Assembly (NCBI GenBank): GCA_965219575.1
Contig: OZ244779.1
Location: 716,769 to 780,768 of the forward strand
Origin: Candidatus Oxydemutatoraceae bacterium
GTDB lineage: Bacteria; Pseudomonadota; Gammaproteobacteria; Poriferisulfidales; Oxydemutatoraceae
Direction: 5' to 3'
Length of the DNA: 64,000 nucleotides
Shown: one piece after another, positions 1-10,562 of the stretch
How positions within the stretch are numbered: position 1 is the stretch's first letter
Layout of the letters: each line of letters opens with the position of its first letter
Notes under the pieces: model-generated
What the model saw: the letters and a program-made list of their open reading frames with translations, nothing else
Told to the model about the DNA's origin: nothing
Databases searched by the model: none
Made by a program: the position numbers and the translations under genes

Positions 1-507
1 ATGAGCGAGCTCATTCGTTTTAGGATCATCCAAGTCGGCACGAATTTGCGGGAGGTTTGAGCGATGAATTGCGCCCGTATGAAAATCAACACCGTGAGTG
101 CACTGATCAATGATTTCGGTCATAAACGTATGAGCTAATTGACCGGCAAGCGAACCTTGCTCTGATCCCGGAAAGTGACGGTTCAGATCTCGTCGATCAG
201 GCAAATAACGCGATTTGGTATTGTAACCGAATACATTAACAATTGGCACGGCAATAAGAGTGCCTTTTATGTTCCTAAGTGCCCTATGTTTTAGCAGACG
301 CTTTATGATTTCAGTGCCATTAATTTCATCACCATGTATCGCTGCACATACAAATAATCGAGGTCCATCTTCGCGACCTCTCATGACTTCCACAGGGATG
401 TTCATCTCTGTAAAGTCATAAAGGCGGGCAACATTTATGTTGATCTTTTTGCGCTCCCCGGCTTCGATACAAATACCATCTATTTGCAAAACACTATCTG
501 AATTCAT
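1..507 (-). CDS. Succinylglutamate desuccinylase/aspartoacylase family (M14-type) protein; runs off the window start
   Basis: Manual translation from ATG at 507: MNSDSVLQIDG...GPRLFVCAAIHGDEING...PDRRDLNRHFPG...VDFHTG. Contains the HGDE, DLNR and DxH motifs of the AstE/AspA family. Confidence 0.85.
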   Translation of the reverse strand, partial: MNSDSVLQIDGICIEAGERKKININVARLYDFTEMNIPVEVMRGREDGPRLFVCAAIHGDEINGTEIIKRLLKHRALRNIKGTLIAVPIVNVFGYNTKSRYLPDRRDLNRHFPGSEQGSLAGQLAHTFMTEIIDQCTHGVDFHTGAIHRSNLPQIRADLDDPKTNELAH

Positions 508-592
508 ATCAAAACCATTAAACTCGTCTAAAGATCATCACTTGTACTAAAACGATTACCGTCAAAGCCATATGCTAATAAAATATGTTCAT

Positions 593-1555
593 TCATTTAG
601 GAACCTGTGCATTTTTTATATGAAGATCCCTTTGTGGGTAAGGGATGGCAATATCGTGATCTTTGAATTTCTTCCAAACACTTCGCAGCACATCACTCCG
701 AGGTTCAAAGCGCCCTTCGGTGACATCCGCAACCCAGAAAAAGAGTAAGAAATTAACGGAGCTATCGGCAAACTCTCTTAAATAGCAGGTAGGCTCAGGG
801 TCATCGACACAACGAGGATGCTCTCTAGTAGCCTCGAGGATTAGTTCCATGGCTTTTTCGATATCGGATTCATACGAAACACCGATGTTGATTTCCACGC
901 GTCCTTTGTTGTTGCTAAATGTCCAGTTTGTGACACGGCTGGTGATAAAATCTTCGTTGGGGATCATAATTTCTTTTCCTTCAAAGGTTTCAATCAATGT
1001 GTAGCGTGCACTTGTGTGCCGTATGAAGCCATAAGTGCCATCGGCAAGTTCTACCAAGTCATCATTCTCAACTGATTTTTCAAATAATAAGATCAAACCG
1101 CTAATGAAGTTAGATGCGATTTTTTGCAGGCCGAGACCAATCCCGATACCAACGGCACCACTAAAAATAGCGAGGGCTGTCAAATCTATGCCCAGCACAT
1201 CAAGTCCGATAATGAATCCAAAGAAATATATAGAGACCTGAAGTGCCCTAGTGATAAGTATTTTATTACTGGTTTTGATGCCTTTAATGGTTTTGATGCG
1301 TTTTTCGCAAAATTCAGAAAATATAACAGCAAACCAAAAGAGCATCATCACAGTGATCGCTGCTTTAATCACTAGGTACGCAGAGAAGCGTGCTTCTCCG
1401 ATTTTGAAAGAGAGATCATCCGAGTCCAAAAATGTCTTAATTGGCTGGAGGTAATCCAAAAAAACAAGTGAAAAGAAGCCAAAAACAAGAAAGGCTAGTA
1501 AAACTTTTGCAATCCATACCTGTGGCTTTAATAGCAATATCCATAATTTACTCAT
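593..1555 (-). CDS. Small-conductance mechanosensitive channel (MscS family)
   Basis: TM segments followed by GAVGIGIGLGLQKIASNFISGLILL, IMIPNEDFIT..VTNW, VSYESD and IPYPQRDLH motifs. Confidence 0.9.
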   Translation of the reverse strand: MSKLWILLLKPQVWIAKVLLAFLVFGFFSLVFLDYLQPIKTFLDSDDLSFKIGEARFSAYLVIKAAITVMMLFWFAVIFSEFCEKRIKTIKGIKTSNKILITRALQVSIYFFGFIIGLDVLGIDLTALAIFSGAVGIGIGLGLQKIASNFISGLILLFEKSVENDDLVELADGTYGFIRHTSARYTLIETFEGKEIMIPNEDFITSRVTNWTFSNNKGRVEINIGVSYESDIEKAMELILEATREHPRCVDDPEPTCYLREFADSSVNFLLFFWVADVTEGRFEPRSDVLRSVWKKFKDHDIAIPYPQRDLHIKNAQVPK

Positions 1556-1572
1556 TTAACTCTCTCCTCAAA

Positions 1573-1831
1573 TTATGAAGCCTTTTTCAGAGGTTGCTTT
1601 TTTAATCTCACCCCAATTCCGGAACCATTTTCAGGTATAAAATCTACTCCCGCATCATCCGGTGCTTTCCGCACAGCTTCAACATTTTTTGCAGATGCTT
1701 TGTCTGTGCCGTGATCTTGCTCCATCCTTTTGAGTGGAAGCGAAGCTTAGCCCTGCATGTTCGGCAAGGTCGGAAGCTCACCACTTTAATAAAGCACGAA
1801 CTGCACGAATTTGTTCTGGTTTAATAAACAA
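1573..1831 (-). pseudogene. Degraded XRE-family HTH transcriptional regulator
   Basis: AGGAG RBS then TTG start. Reads MFIKPEQIRAVRALLKW*ASDLAEHAGLS.. (in-frame TGA at 1778-1780), then continues in another frame ..VEAVRKAPDDAGVDFIPENGSGIGVRLKK*. Matches the 'EQIRAARALLxW...AGVEFIPENGGGxGVRL' XRE type. Confidence 0.75.
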
Positions 1832-2023
1832 ATTATTCTCCTAAAAGCAACATTAAATAGCATATTTGAAAATAAAACGACTTATTGACTTGATGTTACA
1901 AGGCCGTTCAAGCTGTATGATACCTCATATGCGCTAATTTACAATGCCATGTACGATGCCATGACATATTGGACAAATCAGTGCAAAAAGAGCATAAGTT
2001 TACTTGCTCGAACGAGCCATCGT

Positions 2024-2803
2024 TTATTTATGGTGGGGTAGACGAGCCGAGAATAGTAGGATCTCGTAGCTGGCAGGCACTAAATTTTGTATGCCGTAGT
2101 GCTTTTGATAATAGTCTTTCATCCGTTGCAGTTTAGACGACGGTGTTAATCCTTGTCGTTGGTCGCTGCGTTTATTTTGTGCCCCCAAACCTTTAAGATT
2201 ACCGAGTAAGGCATCGACGCCTTGGTAATAAATAATCTCCATGCTACGTCTGCAGTTGTAGACTATGAAGCCGCTCATCGCAAGTATCTTTCTTAGTTTT
2301 GCAGCCGATGGAAATTCCAATGTATGCGGGAAGTCGTCTACCTCCGCCCAACTCGTTTTTAATTCATGCAGGGTTTTAGGACCGTAGGTAGAAAAAATGA
2401 ACCAGCCACCGGGAATGAGCAATTCCGCTAAGTGTGCAAACAGCTGTTTAGGTGTATCGCACCATTGCACGAAAGAACTCGAATAGATTAAGTCGGCACA
2501 GGTACGCTTAAACGGTAGTTGGTTTGCGTCGGCACAGACTTTATGTACACCGGAAGATCGTTGTATCATCGCCGGTGCTATATCTACGGCAACCACCATC
2601 GCATCGGGGAGCTTGTTATCGAGTAGCCGTACACCGTAGCCTGTTCCCGAGCCTACATCGATAGCAATACGCGCATCCGGCGCATACTCCTCTACCAAAG
2701 CGATTAAGTCGCAAGCGGTCTTTTGTTGCAAGCCTGCGTGACTGTCGTAATTTTCGGCAGCGTTGTTAAAAGAGCGACCTACTCCCGTTTTATTGATATG
2801 CAT
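2024..2803 (-). CDS. bioC: Malonyl-ACP O-methyltransferase BioC
   Basis: SFNNAAENYDSHAGLQ, SAM motif DVGSGTG, STYGPKTLHELKTSW; overlaps bioH. Confidence 0.9.
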   Translation of the reverse strand: MHINKTGVGRSFNNAAENYDSHAGLQQKTACDLIALVEEYAPDARIAIDVGSGTGYGVRLLDNKLPDAMVVAVDIAPAMIQRSSGVHKVCADANQLPFKRTCADLIYSSSFVQWCDTPKQLFAHLAELLIPGGWFIFSTYGPKTLHELKTSWAEVDDFPHTLEFPSAAKLRKILAMSGFIVYNCRRSMEIIYYQGVDALLGNLKGLGAQNKRSDQRQGLTPSSKLQRMKDYYQKHYGIQNLVPASYEILLFSARLPHHK

Positions 2804-3563
2804 CGGTTCTATCCAGATATTCGATTAATTGCTCGCTAAACTCCTCGAAGTGAGAGATCATCGGGGCATGTCCCGCTTTTGCAATAATATTAACTTCTCC
2901 TCGAGGGGCGAGCGTAGAGGATGCTTTAAGGTTGTTTGCACTCACCAATCTATCGGCATCACCGCCTACGAATAATACCGGACATTTATAATTTGTAATC
3001 GCTTTACGCATATCTTGGCTGCGCAGTAGCTCGAGGGCAGCGATTAATTCCCTAGGTTCGTAGTTATTCGCCAGCAGTAGTTTTAATATCCTGAAAGTTT
3101 CATTTGCGTTTTCGGCGTCCACGACTTGCAAAGTCAGAAATTGTTCTAGTGCAATGGAGTTATCGGCCTTGAAGATTTTCAAGAATTGGTTAAAGTTCTC
3201 TTCCGAGATTCCCTCTGCCCAGTCGTTCTTCTGCAAAAAACAGGCTGCGCTTCCGACACAAATCAGGCGTTTGACTTTATGCGGATATATTTGTGCAACA
3301 CGTTGTGCGAGCAGCCCGCCCAGCGACCATCCGATCCACGTAGCCTCCGCTTCGCATAGATCGGACAGTTCGGTAATCAATTCGTCCATTCTGGAAAAGG
3401 AAAAGCAACTACCGCAGCCGTCGCCGTGTCCGGGTAGATCCACCCGTATCGTTTTATGGTGTCTCTCCAAAACCGGTATCAACCGATGCCAACAATAACG
3501 AGTCATCGCCCAACCGGACAATAAAACTATATTCGGTCCTTCGCCACTACGCTCTATAAACAT
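2790..3563 (-). CDS. bioH: Pimeloyl-ACP methyl ester carboxylesterase BioH
   Basis: Alpha/beta hydrolase: VDLPGHG, GWSLGG nucleophile motif, AGHAPMISH; adjacent to bioC. Confidence 0.85.
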   Translation of the reverse strand: MFIERSGEGPNIVLLSGWAMTRYCWHRLIPVLERHHKTIRVDLPGHGDGCGSCFSFSRMDELITELSDLCEAEATWIGWSLGGLLAQRVAQIYPHKVKRLICVGSAACFLQKNDWAEGISEENFNQFLKIFKADNSIALEQFLTLQVVDAENANETFRILKLLLANNYEPRELIAALELLRSQDMRKAITNYKCPVLFVGGDADRLVSANNLKASSTLAPRGEVNIIAKAGHAPMISHFEEFSEQLIEYLDRTDAYQ

Positions 3564-3718
3564 TGCTTTATATTCTTCCGATCAAGATATGATTTATGTA
3601 GGATACCCGTATGCTCTAGGTTGTTTAAGTTATCAAACAATACGGACATATTTTACATGAATTATCGCCTGTGTTTGCCAACCTCAAAAGTAGCAGTATA
3701 ATCCTTTGAAAATCGGAG

Positions 3719-4300
3719 TTGAATGTGTGGACTGAAATAGCATATATAGTCGGGGCCTATCTGATAGGTTCCGTTACTTTTGCCGTTATAGTGTGTAGAT
3801 TGTCGGGTGCGGAGGATCCTCGGCGTGTAGGTTCGGGTAATCCCGGTGCCACTAATGTAGTGCGTGTAGGGGGATGGCCGGCAGCGGTGGCGACATTCGT
3901 AGGTGATGCGGCAAAGTCTGCAATACCTCTAGGTATTGCCGTCCATTTGAGTATGGACGATTCGGTTATAGCCGGGATTGCTTTGGCTGTATTTTTGGGT
4001 CATCTCTTCCCTATTTATCATGGCTTCAAAGGAGGTAAGGGTGTTGCAACTTATTTGGGAGTTTTAATCGGCGTGCAACCTTTGGCGGCGTTGATGTGGG
4101 TAGGAGGGTGGCTTGCCTTGGTCGGTATCTTTAGACATTCGTCGGTAGGCGGTATGACGATGTGTGCCGCAGCCCCGTTGCTACTAGGGTGGCAATCCGC
4201 CGCCTATCAACTGATTGCCATATCGGTTCTAATGTCGGTCTTGGTTGTTATACGCCACCGGCAAAACATAAAAAACTTAATCGCCGGCACGGAGGGATGA
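3719..4300 (+). CDS. plsY: Glycerol-3-phosphate acyltransferase PlsY
   Basis: DPRRVGSGNPGATNVVR and FLGHLFPIYHGFKGGKGVAT motifs. Confidence 0.95.
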   Translation: MNVWTEIAYIVGAYLIGSVTFAVIVCRLSGAEDPRRVGSGNPGATNVVRVGGWPAAVATFVGDAAKSAIPLGIAVHLSMDDSVIAGIALAVFLGHLFPIYHGFKGGKGVATYLGVLIGVQPLAALMWVGGWLALVGIFRHSSVGGMTMCAAAPLLLGWQSAAYQLIAISVLMSVLVVIRHRQNIKNLIAGTEG

Positions 4301-4332
4301 AACCACCCCATAGAAAGGCTTTACATTTTGTA
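4299..4332 (+). repeat. Short dispersed repeat, second copy at ~42955-42988
   Basis: gaaaccaccccatagaaaggctttacattttgta vs gaaactaccacatgaaaaggctttacattttgta. Confidence 0.6.
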
Positions 4333-4475
4333 GTGACATCACCCCATTTTTAGAGTCGCCTGCAAAGTCGGTTTTCATGCTATTGCCTCCGCAAATACAC
4401 TGGAGAGAGTTATGTACGATTACGATTTCTCAGTTGTAATGACTATAATAGTAAACATTATAAATACAGGAGTAA

Positions 4476-4829
4476 ATGAAGGCGTCAGAAATCGCACTAT
4501 ACAGCGCATTGACTAAATTAGGACTGAAGTATGACGAAGCAAAGGAGGCCGTAGCCGATGTTGCTAGCTCAAAGGATGTAGCAACTAAGATAGATATAAT
4601 AGAACTAAAAGCAGAAACGAAAGCGGATATCAAAGATATGGCGACTAAGGCTGATATAGCTGAGGTAAAGTCTGATATAACCGAGGTAAAGTCTGATATA
4701 ACCGAGGTAAAGTCTGATATAACGGAGGTAAAAACCGACATACGAGAGATACGAATTGAGTTGAAGTACTTGCGTTGGCTGATTGTGATTGTAGTTAGCA
4801 TTGCCGTCGGGGTAATTAAATATCTCTAG
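4476..4829 (+). CDS. Small coiled-coil protein with C-terminal membrane anchor (DUF1640/CCDC90/Bdr-like)
   Basis: AGGAG RBS, ATK(A/I)D motifs, heptad repeats (KSDITEV)x3, C-terminal hydrophobic helix; paralog at 37782-38003. Confidence 0.75.
   Translation: MKASEIALYSALTKLGLKYDEAKEAVADVASSKDVATKIDIIELKAETKADIKDMATKADIAEVKSDITEVKSDITEVKSDITEVKTDIREIRIELKYLRWLIVIVVSIAVGVIKYL
4662..4724 (+). repeat. Intragenic 21-bp tandem repeat, 3 copies plus degenerate flanks
   Basis: gaggtaaagtctgatataacc repeated at 4662, 4683 and 4704 (last base g in the third copy). Confidence 0.95.
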
Positions 4830-4839
4830 ATGAGCTATC

Positions 4840-4934
4840 GGAACCTGCTAACTATTTTGTGTAACTTCGTTCTCTTTAATATCAAATCTACCTTCGTATT
4901 CAATAGCTAATCGGTTCATAGTCATAGCCGCGAT
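4840..4934 (-). mobile_element. Possible IS256-family right-end remnant
   Basis: Minus strand reads ..MNRLAIEYEGRF.., similar to IS256 transposase C-termini, followed by GTTACACAAAATAGTTAGCAGG, similar to an IS256 right end. Judged from memory of the family only. Confidence 0.35.
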
Positions 4935-4936
4935 GT

Positions 4937-5233
4937 GGGGCTGTTGAAAAAATATTTTATGCACCGTAGGGGCGGACTTCATTAAATTGCCGATTGACCT
5001 ACCGGCTTAATCGGCGGCTCTGTTCTGCCCGTAACGCGTTACGTATGCACGATTTATACATTCATTCACTCGATTTATGGAAACCAAACCCATACGGCGC
5101 AAGCGGTTACAGCTGTGCAGAACGGCACTTAAGGGCAGACATATAAGTCTGCCCCTACGACTCGGTGGTTATCGTAAATTTAATAGCGCGAAGCGGTTAC
5201 GATTTTGCAGAACAGTACTTTTTCAACAGTCCC
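4937..5233. mobile_element. MITE-like element, copy 1
   Basis: Terminal IRs GGG(G/A)CTGTTGAAAAA..TTTTTCAACAG, internal REP-like hairpins (gggcagac-atataa-gtctgcccctac), no credible CDS; homologous in inverted orientation to 42623-42945. Confidence 0.85.
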
Positions 5234-5250
5234 ACGCCGATTGGCCTACT

Positions 5251-7830
5251 TTACCGTATGGCCAGTCGGTTGTTCTCGACCTCGATTCTAATGACATCAT
5301 CGGCAATATAGTCGCCTTTGAGTAGTTTTTCCGATAGCAGATTCTCTAATTCGTGCTGTATCGTGCGTTTGAGAGGGCGCGCACCGTATACCGGGTCAAA
5401 GCCGCGTTGAGCGAGCCAGTCTATCGCCGCATCGTTGATCTCTAATCCGAGTTCGTGGTTGCTCAAGCGTTGCTTTAACTGTTCAATCTGTATGACGCAG
5501 ATTTTCCGTATATCTTCCATATTCAACGAATGGAAAACTAAAATCTCGTCGATACGATTGAGAAATTCCGGTCTGAAACTTTTCTGGACAATCCGCATTA
5601 CATCTAGACGAATTTCGTCGTAGTCGGCACCGGTTTTTTCTTGTATCAAATCGCTACCCAGATTGGAAGTCATCACGATCACGGTATTTCTGAAATCTAC
5701 GGTTCGGCCTTGTCCGTCGGTTAGGCGTCCGTCGTCTAAAACTTGCAAGAATATATTAAAGACTTCGGGATGCGCTTTTTCAATTTCGTCCAGCAGGATG
5801 ACCGAGTAAGGTCGTCTGCGCACCGCTTCGGTCAAATAACCCCCTTGTTCGTAGCCTACATAGCCGGGTGGCGCACCGATCATGCGGGCGACCGAATGTT
5901 TTTCCATGAACTCGGACATATCAAGTCTGACCACCGCGTGTTCGTTATCGAATAAAAAAGCTGCCAACGCTTTGCACAACTCGGTTTTCCCTACACCGGT
6001 AGGACCTAAGAACATGAAAGAACCGCTTGGATGATTAGGATCCGCCAAGCCTGCACGGGCGCGACGGGTCGCTTGCGATATTGCCGTTATCGCTTCTTGT
6101 TGCGAGATTACTCTGCGGCTCAATTCTTGTTCCATATTGAGTAATTTTTCTTTTTCACTTTGTAGCATACGGCTCACCGGTATACCCGTCCATTTGGATA
6201 CCACATCGGCTACTTCGTTTTCCGTCACTCGACTGCGTAATAGGCGCGTTGTTTGCGAGTCGGATGATTGCGGTTCGCTACGCGCAGTCTCCAGACGTTT
6301 CTCCAGTTCCGGAATCGTCCCGTATTGGAGTTCGGACATTTTTGCCAAATCCCCTTCGCGGTGGGCGGCATCCAAAGCGATGCGCGCTTGTTCCAGTTCT
6401 TCTTTAATTGTCGTCGTGCCTTGCATCGCGGCTTTTTCGGATTTCCATATCTCTTCCAAATCAGCGTATTCTTTTTCAAGTTCGGTAATCTGCTCGTTTA
6501 AGTCCTTGAGGCGTTTCTTAGAGGCTTCGTCGCTCTCTTTGTTCAAGGCCTCTCGCTCTATCTTAAGCTGTATCAATCGGCGATCCAGTTTATCCATGCT
6601 TTCAGGTTTGGAATCAATTTCCATACGGATGCGAGAAGCTGCCTCGTCTATCAAATCTATCGCTTTGTCAGGTAATTGGCGATCGCTGATATAACGATGC
6701 GAAAGGCGCGTCGCTGCGATGATGGCAGGGTCGGTAATCTCGACACCGTGATGTACTTCGTAGCGTTCTTTTAATCCGCGCAAAATTGCAACGGTATCTT
6801 CTATGCTCGGTTCGTCTACTAAAACTTTTTGAAAGCGACGTTCTAGAGCGGCATCTTTTTCTACATAAAGACGGTATTCGTTTAGCGTGGTTGCTCCCAA
6901 ACAGCGTAGTTCTCCGCGTGCCAGTGCCGGTTTTAGCATATTACCGGCATCCATAGATCCTTCGCTTTTGCCGGCACCGACCATCGTGTGTAGTTCGTCT
7001 ATAAACAGAATGACATTGCCGGCTTCTTGTTGCAATTCTTTTAGCACCGCCTTGAGCCGCTCTTCGAACTCACCGCGATATTTGGCACCGGCAATCAATG
7101 CGCCCATATCCAAGCTCAGTAGTTTTTTGCCTATTAGACCCTCGGGTACTTCTCGGTTGACGATACGCAACGCCAATCCTTCGACGATGGCGGTTTTCCC
7201 GACTCCCGGTTCACCGATTAAAACCGGGTTGTTTTTGGTTCTACGCTGCAGTACCTGAGCGACGCGGCGTATTTCGTCGTCGCGCCCGATCACCGGATCT
7301 AGCTTGCCTAGTCCGGCACTTTCGGTGAGGTCTTGCGTATAACGTTGTAATGCTTCGCGTTGATCTTCGGTGTTTGCATCGTCAACCGACTCGCCGCCCC
7401 TGACTTGTTGCAATGCTTGTTCGTAGTTGGTAATTTCCAACCCCGCTTGAGAGAGCAAGCGGCTTTCCTTGACCTTGGCTTTTAATAATGCCAACGGAAA
7501 TAATTCGGAAGCAATATAGCTGTCTTTGTATTGCCCTGCCAGTTGTTCGCAGACATTCAGCACTTTGGCTAAATCCTGAGAGATATGGACTTCGCCGGGC
7601 ACACCTTCGACGGTAGGCAACCTGTCGATTTCATCTTCGGCCTTTTGCTGCAGCTGTTCTATGTCGGTGCCGCACTGTGCCAACAGTCGCGTCACCGTGC
7701 CGTCGTTTTCATTCAACATGTGATGCAACAGATGCAAAGGTTCAATGAACTGATGGTTATGATTCAACGCGTACGATTGGGCATCTTGCAACGCCGTTTG
7801 GAACCGATTTGTCAATTTATCGAAACGCAT
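5251..7830 (-). CDS. clpB: ATP-dependent chaperone ClpB
   Basis: Two AAA+ modules ([16 protein letters not shown]) and coiled-coil M domain. Start placed at MRFDKLT (ATG 7830) behind a GGAG RBS. Confidence 0.98.
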   Translation of the reverse strand: MRFDKLTNRFQTALQDAQSYALNHNHQFIEPLHLLHHMLNENDGTVTRLLAQCGTDIEQLQQKAEDEIDRLPTVEGVPGEVHISQDLAKVLNVCEQLAGQYKDSYIASELFPLALLKAKVKESRLLSQAGLEITNYEQALQQVRGGESVDDANTEDQREALQRYTQDLTESAGLGKLDPVIGRDDEIRRVAQVLQRRTKNNPVLIGEPGVGKTAIVEGLALRIVNREVPEGLIGKKLLSLDMGALIAGAKYRGEFEERLKAVLKELQQEAGNVILFIDELHTMVGAGKSEGSMDAGNMLKPALARGELRCLGATTLNEYRLYVEKDAALERRFQKVLVDEPSIEDTVAILRGLKERYEVHHGVEITDPAIIAATRLSHRYISDRQLPDKAIDLIDEAASRIRMEIDSKPESMDKLDRRLIQLKIEREALNKESDEASKKRLKDLNEQITELEKEYADLEEIWKSEKAAMQGTTTIKEELEQARIALDAAHREGDLAKMSELQYGTIPELEKRLETARSEPQSSDSQTTRLLRSRVTENEVADVVSKWTGIPVSRMLQSEKEKLLNMEQELSRRVISQQEAITAISQATRRARAGLADPNHPSGSFMFLGPTGVGKTELCKALAAFLFDNEHAVVRLDMSEFMEKHSVARMIGAPPGYVGYEQGGYLTEAVRRRPYSVILLDEIEKAHPEVFNIFLQVLDDGRLTDGQGRTVDFRNTVIVMTSNLGSDLIQEKTGADYDEIRLDVMRIVQKSFRPEFLNRIDEILVFHSLNMEDIRKICVIQIEQLKQRLSNHELGLEINDAAIDWLAQRGFDPVYGARPLKRTIQHELENLLSEKLLKGDYIADDVIRIEVENNRLAIR

Positions 7831-7849
7831 ATTATTCTCCGACAATTTA

Positions 7850-7877
7850 ATATGGCGTTCGGATTATTGTTTTCAAG
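7850..7877 (-). promoter_or_regulatory. Sigma-32 (RpoH) promoter of clpB
   Basis: Minus strand CTTGAAA-N13-CGCCATAT matches the RpoH consensus CTTGAAA..CCCCATnT. Confidence 0.75.
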
Positions 7878-7921
7878 TGAGATTCGATATTCCTCTCCTA
7901 TAGAAGAGAGTGCATCACATC

Positions 7922-8695
7922 TTAACGAGAGGTTGACAAATAGATCAATGCAACGATACGCCCGGTATCGGTTTCGCGCCGATAGGAAAAAAAATGTTTG
8001 TGGTCGTAATAGGTACAGTGTAGACCGCCGCTGATGTTTCGCACACCGATGCTTCGTAGCTTTAGTTGTGCCAAGCGGTATAAATTCGCGCGCCATGCAC
8101 CGCGGTTATCAGGCAAAAAACAGAGTGTGTATTGATCGTGCCGGCTTAGGAATGTGTCGCGCACCGTATCACCGACTTGATAGGCATCCGGACCTATCGC
8201 CGGACCTAGAAAAGCATGGAGTTGTGCAGGATCGCAATCCAGTGCCGCAACCGTATTTTCTAAAATGCCCGAAGCCAGACCGCGCCAGCCGGCGTGTGCG
8301 GCACCGACACGGGTTGCCGATCGATCACAAAATAATACCGGCAGACAATCTGCGACCATAACGGCACATATATAACCTGTCTCGAAGCTGACGGTGGCAT
8401 CGGCTCGGCAGGGGAAATGACTTTGTTCGGCTACAACGACCTGATTGCCGTGGACTTGTTCCAACCAAGCAGGCTCGGAGGGCAGATTGAGGCACTTTTT
8501 AAGTTGGCAACGGTTTTTGATCACATTGAGTTCGTCGTCTCCTACATGCAAAGCGATGTTCATGGTGTCGTAAGGAGGTAGGCTATGCCCGCCCAATCTC
8601 GTGCTGATGCATGCTTTTACGCGTTCCGAGACCGGCCAATTCGGCCACAGAAAACCGTCGGAAAAATAATCGTCAGTCCGTTGTGCTTTTTTCAT
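7922..8695 (-). CDS. pgeF: Peptidoglycan editing factor / purine nucleoside phosphorylase PgeF (YfiH)
   Basis: WLEQVHG, VADCLPVL, AAHAGWRGL, FFSYRR; lies between rluD and clpB. Confidence 0.95.
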   Translation of the reverse strand: MKKAQRTDDYFSDGFLWPNWPVSERVKACISTRLGGHSLPPYDTMNIALHVGDDELNVIKNRCQLKKCLNLPSEPAWLEQVHGNQVVVAEQSHFPCRADATVSFETGYICAVMVADCLPVLFCDRSATRVGAAHAGWRGLASGILENTVAALDCDPAQLHAFLGPAIGPDAYQVGDTVRDTFLSRHDQYTLCFLPDNRGAWRANLYRLAQLKLRSIGVRNISGGLHCTYYDHKHFFSYRRETDTGRIVALIYLSTSR

Positions 8696-9635
8696 TTTCG
8701 TCGAATAATCCGAATAGGTTTTTCATATCGTCGGGCGGATCGGATTGGTAGTGGCACAATTCACTGCGCTGCGGATGTTTTAAGCTCAATCGGCTTGCAT
8801 GTAAAGCCTGCCTGTTGAAATTTCTTAGTATGTTTAGGTGTTGTTGTTGCCACCCTTTAATCGGACGATAGGCACCTCCGTATAGTGTGTCGCCGAATAA
8901 CGGATGGTGTATATGCGATAGATGAACACGAATCTGATGAGTGCGCCCGGTTTCAAGCGTGATATCAAGTCTGGTATGCGAGGTATACCTATGTGCGATA
9001 CGGTAGTGAGTGATTGCAGCTTTGCCGCCGGTTTTCACTACCGCCATGCGCTTGCGATCTACCGGATGGCGACCAATTGCAGCCGCTATGCTTCCACCGC
9101 TGATAAATTGCCCTCGTGCCAAGGCAATATAGCAACGTCCCATCTCTTTATTTTGTAACTGCTTGACCAATTCCCAATGTGCTTCTCGGGTTTTTGCTAC
9201 TGCCAATAAGCCACTGGTGTCTTTATCCAGCCGATGAACTATGCCGCAACGAGGCAACATTGCTAATTCCGGACAGTGATGCAACAGTGCATTTAGTAGT
9301 GTCCCGGAACGGTGTCCGGCAGCGGGATGCACTACAACCCCCGCTTGTTTGTCGACAATTATCAGGTGTTCGTCTTCAAAGACTATGTTTAGGGGAAGTG
9401 CTTCGCCCACCGGTCTCTCGGGGGGAGATGTAGGCAATTCAAAAGAGATCTGCTCGCCACCCGATACTTTATCGCTCGCTTGTGCAGTATGTCCATTCAC
9501 TAGAATCAAGCCTTTTACCAGACAATGTTGCAAAAAACTTCGCGAATAATCTGCAAACAATTCGGACAATGCCTTGTCTAGCCTTAATCCTGTACAATGT
9601 GCCGGTAATGTGGCGGTTAATTTTTTATCGGACAT
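8673..9635 (-). CDS. rluD: 23S rRNA pseudouridine synthase RluD
   Basis: S4 domain, IVHRLDKDTSGL, LETGRTHQIRVH, RQALHA; divergent from bamD. Confidence 0.95.
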   Translation of the reverse strand: MSDKKLTATLPAHCTGLRLDKALSELFADYSRSFLQHCLVKGLILVNGHTAQASDKVSGGEQISFELPTSPPERPVGEALPLNIVFEDEHLIIVDKQAGVVVHPAAGHRSGTLLNALLHHCPELAMLPRCGIVHRLDKDTSGLLAVAKTREAHWELVKQLQNKEMGRCYIALARGQFISGGSIAAAIGRHPVDRKRMAVVKTGGKAAITHYRIAHRYTSHTRLDITLETGRTHQIRVHLSHIHHPLFGDTLYGGAYRPIKGWQQQHLNILRNFNRQALHASRLSLKHPQRSELCHYQSDPPDDMKNLFGLFDENEKSTTD

Positions 9636-9683
9636 AGCAAGAAGCGATATAATACAACTATTAATATTATTCTACCGTGAGAG

Positions 9684-10544
9684 ATGCGATTATCATATCT
9701 ACTTTTTATAGTTTCACTGAACCTGGCTCTGATTGTTTCGGGTTGTTCTTGGTTCGACGAAAAGAGCGAGGACGAAGAAGCCGAGGTTATCTATCGCACG
9801 GCTAGAGAGAGTTTAGAGAAAGGTAATTACCCCGCTGCGTTGGAGAAATACCAAAGACTGGAAAACGATTATCCTTTTAGTCCTTTTGCAAACGCGGCGT
9901 TGCTCGAAACGGCTTATGCAAGTTATAAATCCGACGATGCCGAAACCGCTGCGGTGATGGCCGATCAGTTCATAAAAAATAATCCCAACCACTCTTATTT
10001 GGATTACGCTTATTATTTGAAAGGTTTGGCACATTTTAATTACGGCAAGCATTTTTTGGATTTTATTATTCCTCGCGACCGCACCGCAAGAGACACCAAA
10101 CCTTTAGAGGAGTCTTTTGAAACTTTCAAAACCTTATACGAACGTTTTCCCGATAGTGCGTATCGCGAAGAAGCTAGAAGACGCCTGGTCGTACTACGCA
10201 ACATGTTGGCGGTTCACGAGATTCGCGTCGCACTTTTTTATTACAGACAAGGCAGTTATGTAGCAACGATCAATCGCATGAAATATATGCTCGAGAGATA
10301 CGACGGTGCCCAGCATACACCCGACGGTCTGCTACTCATGGCGCAAGCTTATAGGCAGATAGATGCCGACGACCTCGCCGGCGATACGCTTAGAGTTTTG
10401 GAATACAACTACCCGAGTTACGCTGCCTCCAACTTAAGAGAATTGGCGCAAGTTAGCGAGCAGGAACAAAGAAATTGGATGTCCGGATTTGGCGACCTGA
10501 CCGATGTGATTCTAGAAAAATTGCGCATCAAGAGGAGATATTAA
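9684..10544 (+). CDS. bamD: Outer membrane protein assembly factor BamD (ComL)
   Basis: Lipobox VSGC, TPR pattern YPFSPFA..DYAYYLKGL; conserved position next to rluD. Confidence 0.93.
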   Translation: MRLSYLLFIVSLNLALIVSGCSWFDEKSEDEEAEVIYRTARESLEKGNYPAALEKYQRLENDYPFSPFANAALLETAYASYKSDDAETAAVMADQFIKNNPNHSYLDYAYYLKGLAHFNYGKHFLDFIIPRDRTARDTKPLEESFETFKTLYERFPDSAYREEARRRLVVLRNMLAVHEIRVALFYYRQGSYVATINRMKYMLERYDGAQHTPDGLLLMAQAYRQIDADDLAGDTLRVLEYNYPSYAASNLRELAQVSEQEQRNWMSGFGDLTDVILEKLRIKRRY

Positions 10545-10562
10545 CGATACTATCGGTATTGA

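Noticed and set aside
4662-4724. 21-bp repeats considered as CRISPR or iterons
   Set aside because: Contiguous, in-frame heptads within a CDS.
5077-5325. Short ORFs in the MITEs (also 42790-43014, 42872-43081, 35373-35570)
   Set aside because: Chance frames across repeat sequence, with no RBS or recognisable domain.
6137-7258. + strand ORFs opposite clpB
   Set aside because: Antisense shadows of a conserved gene.
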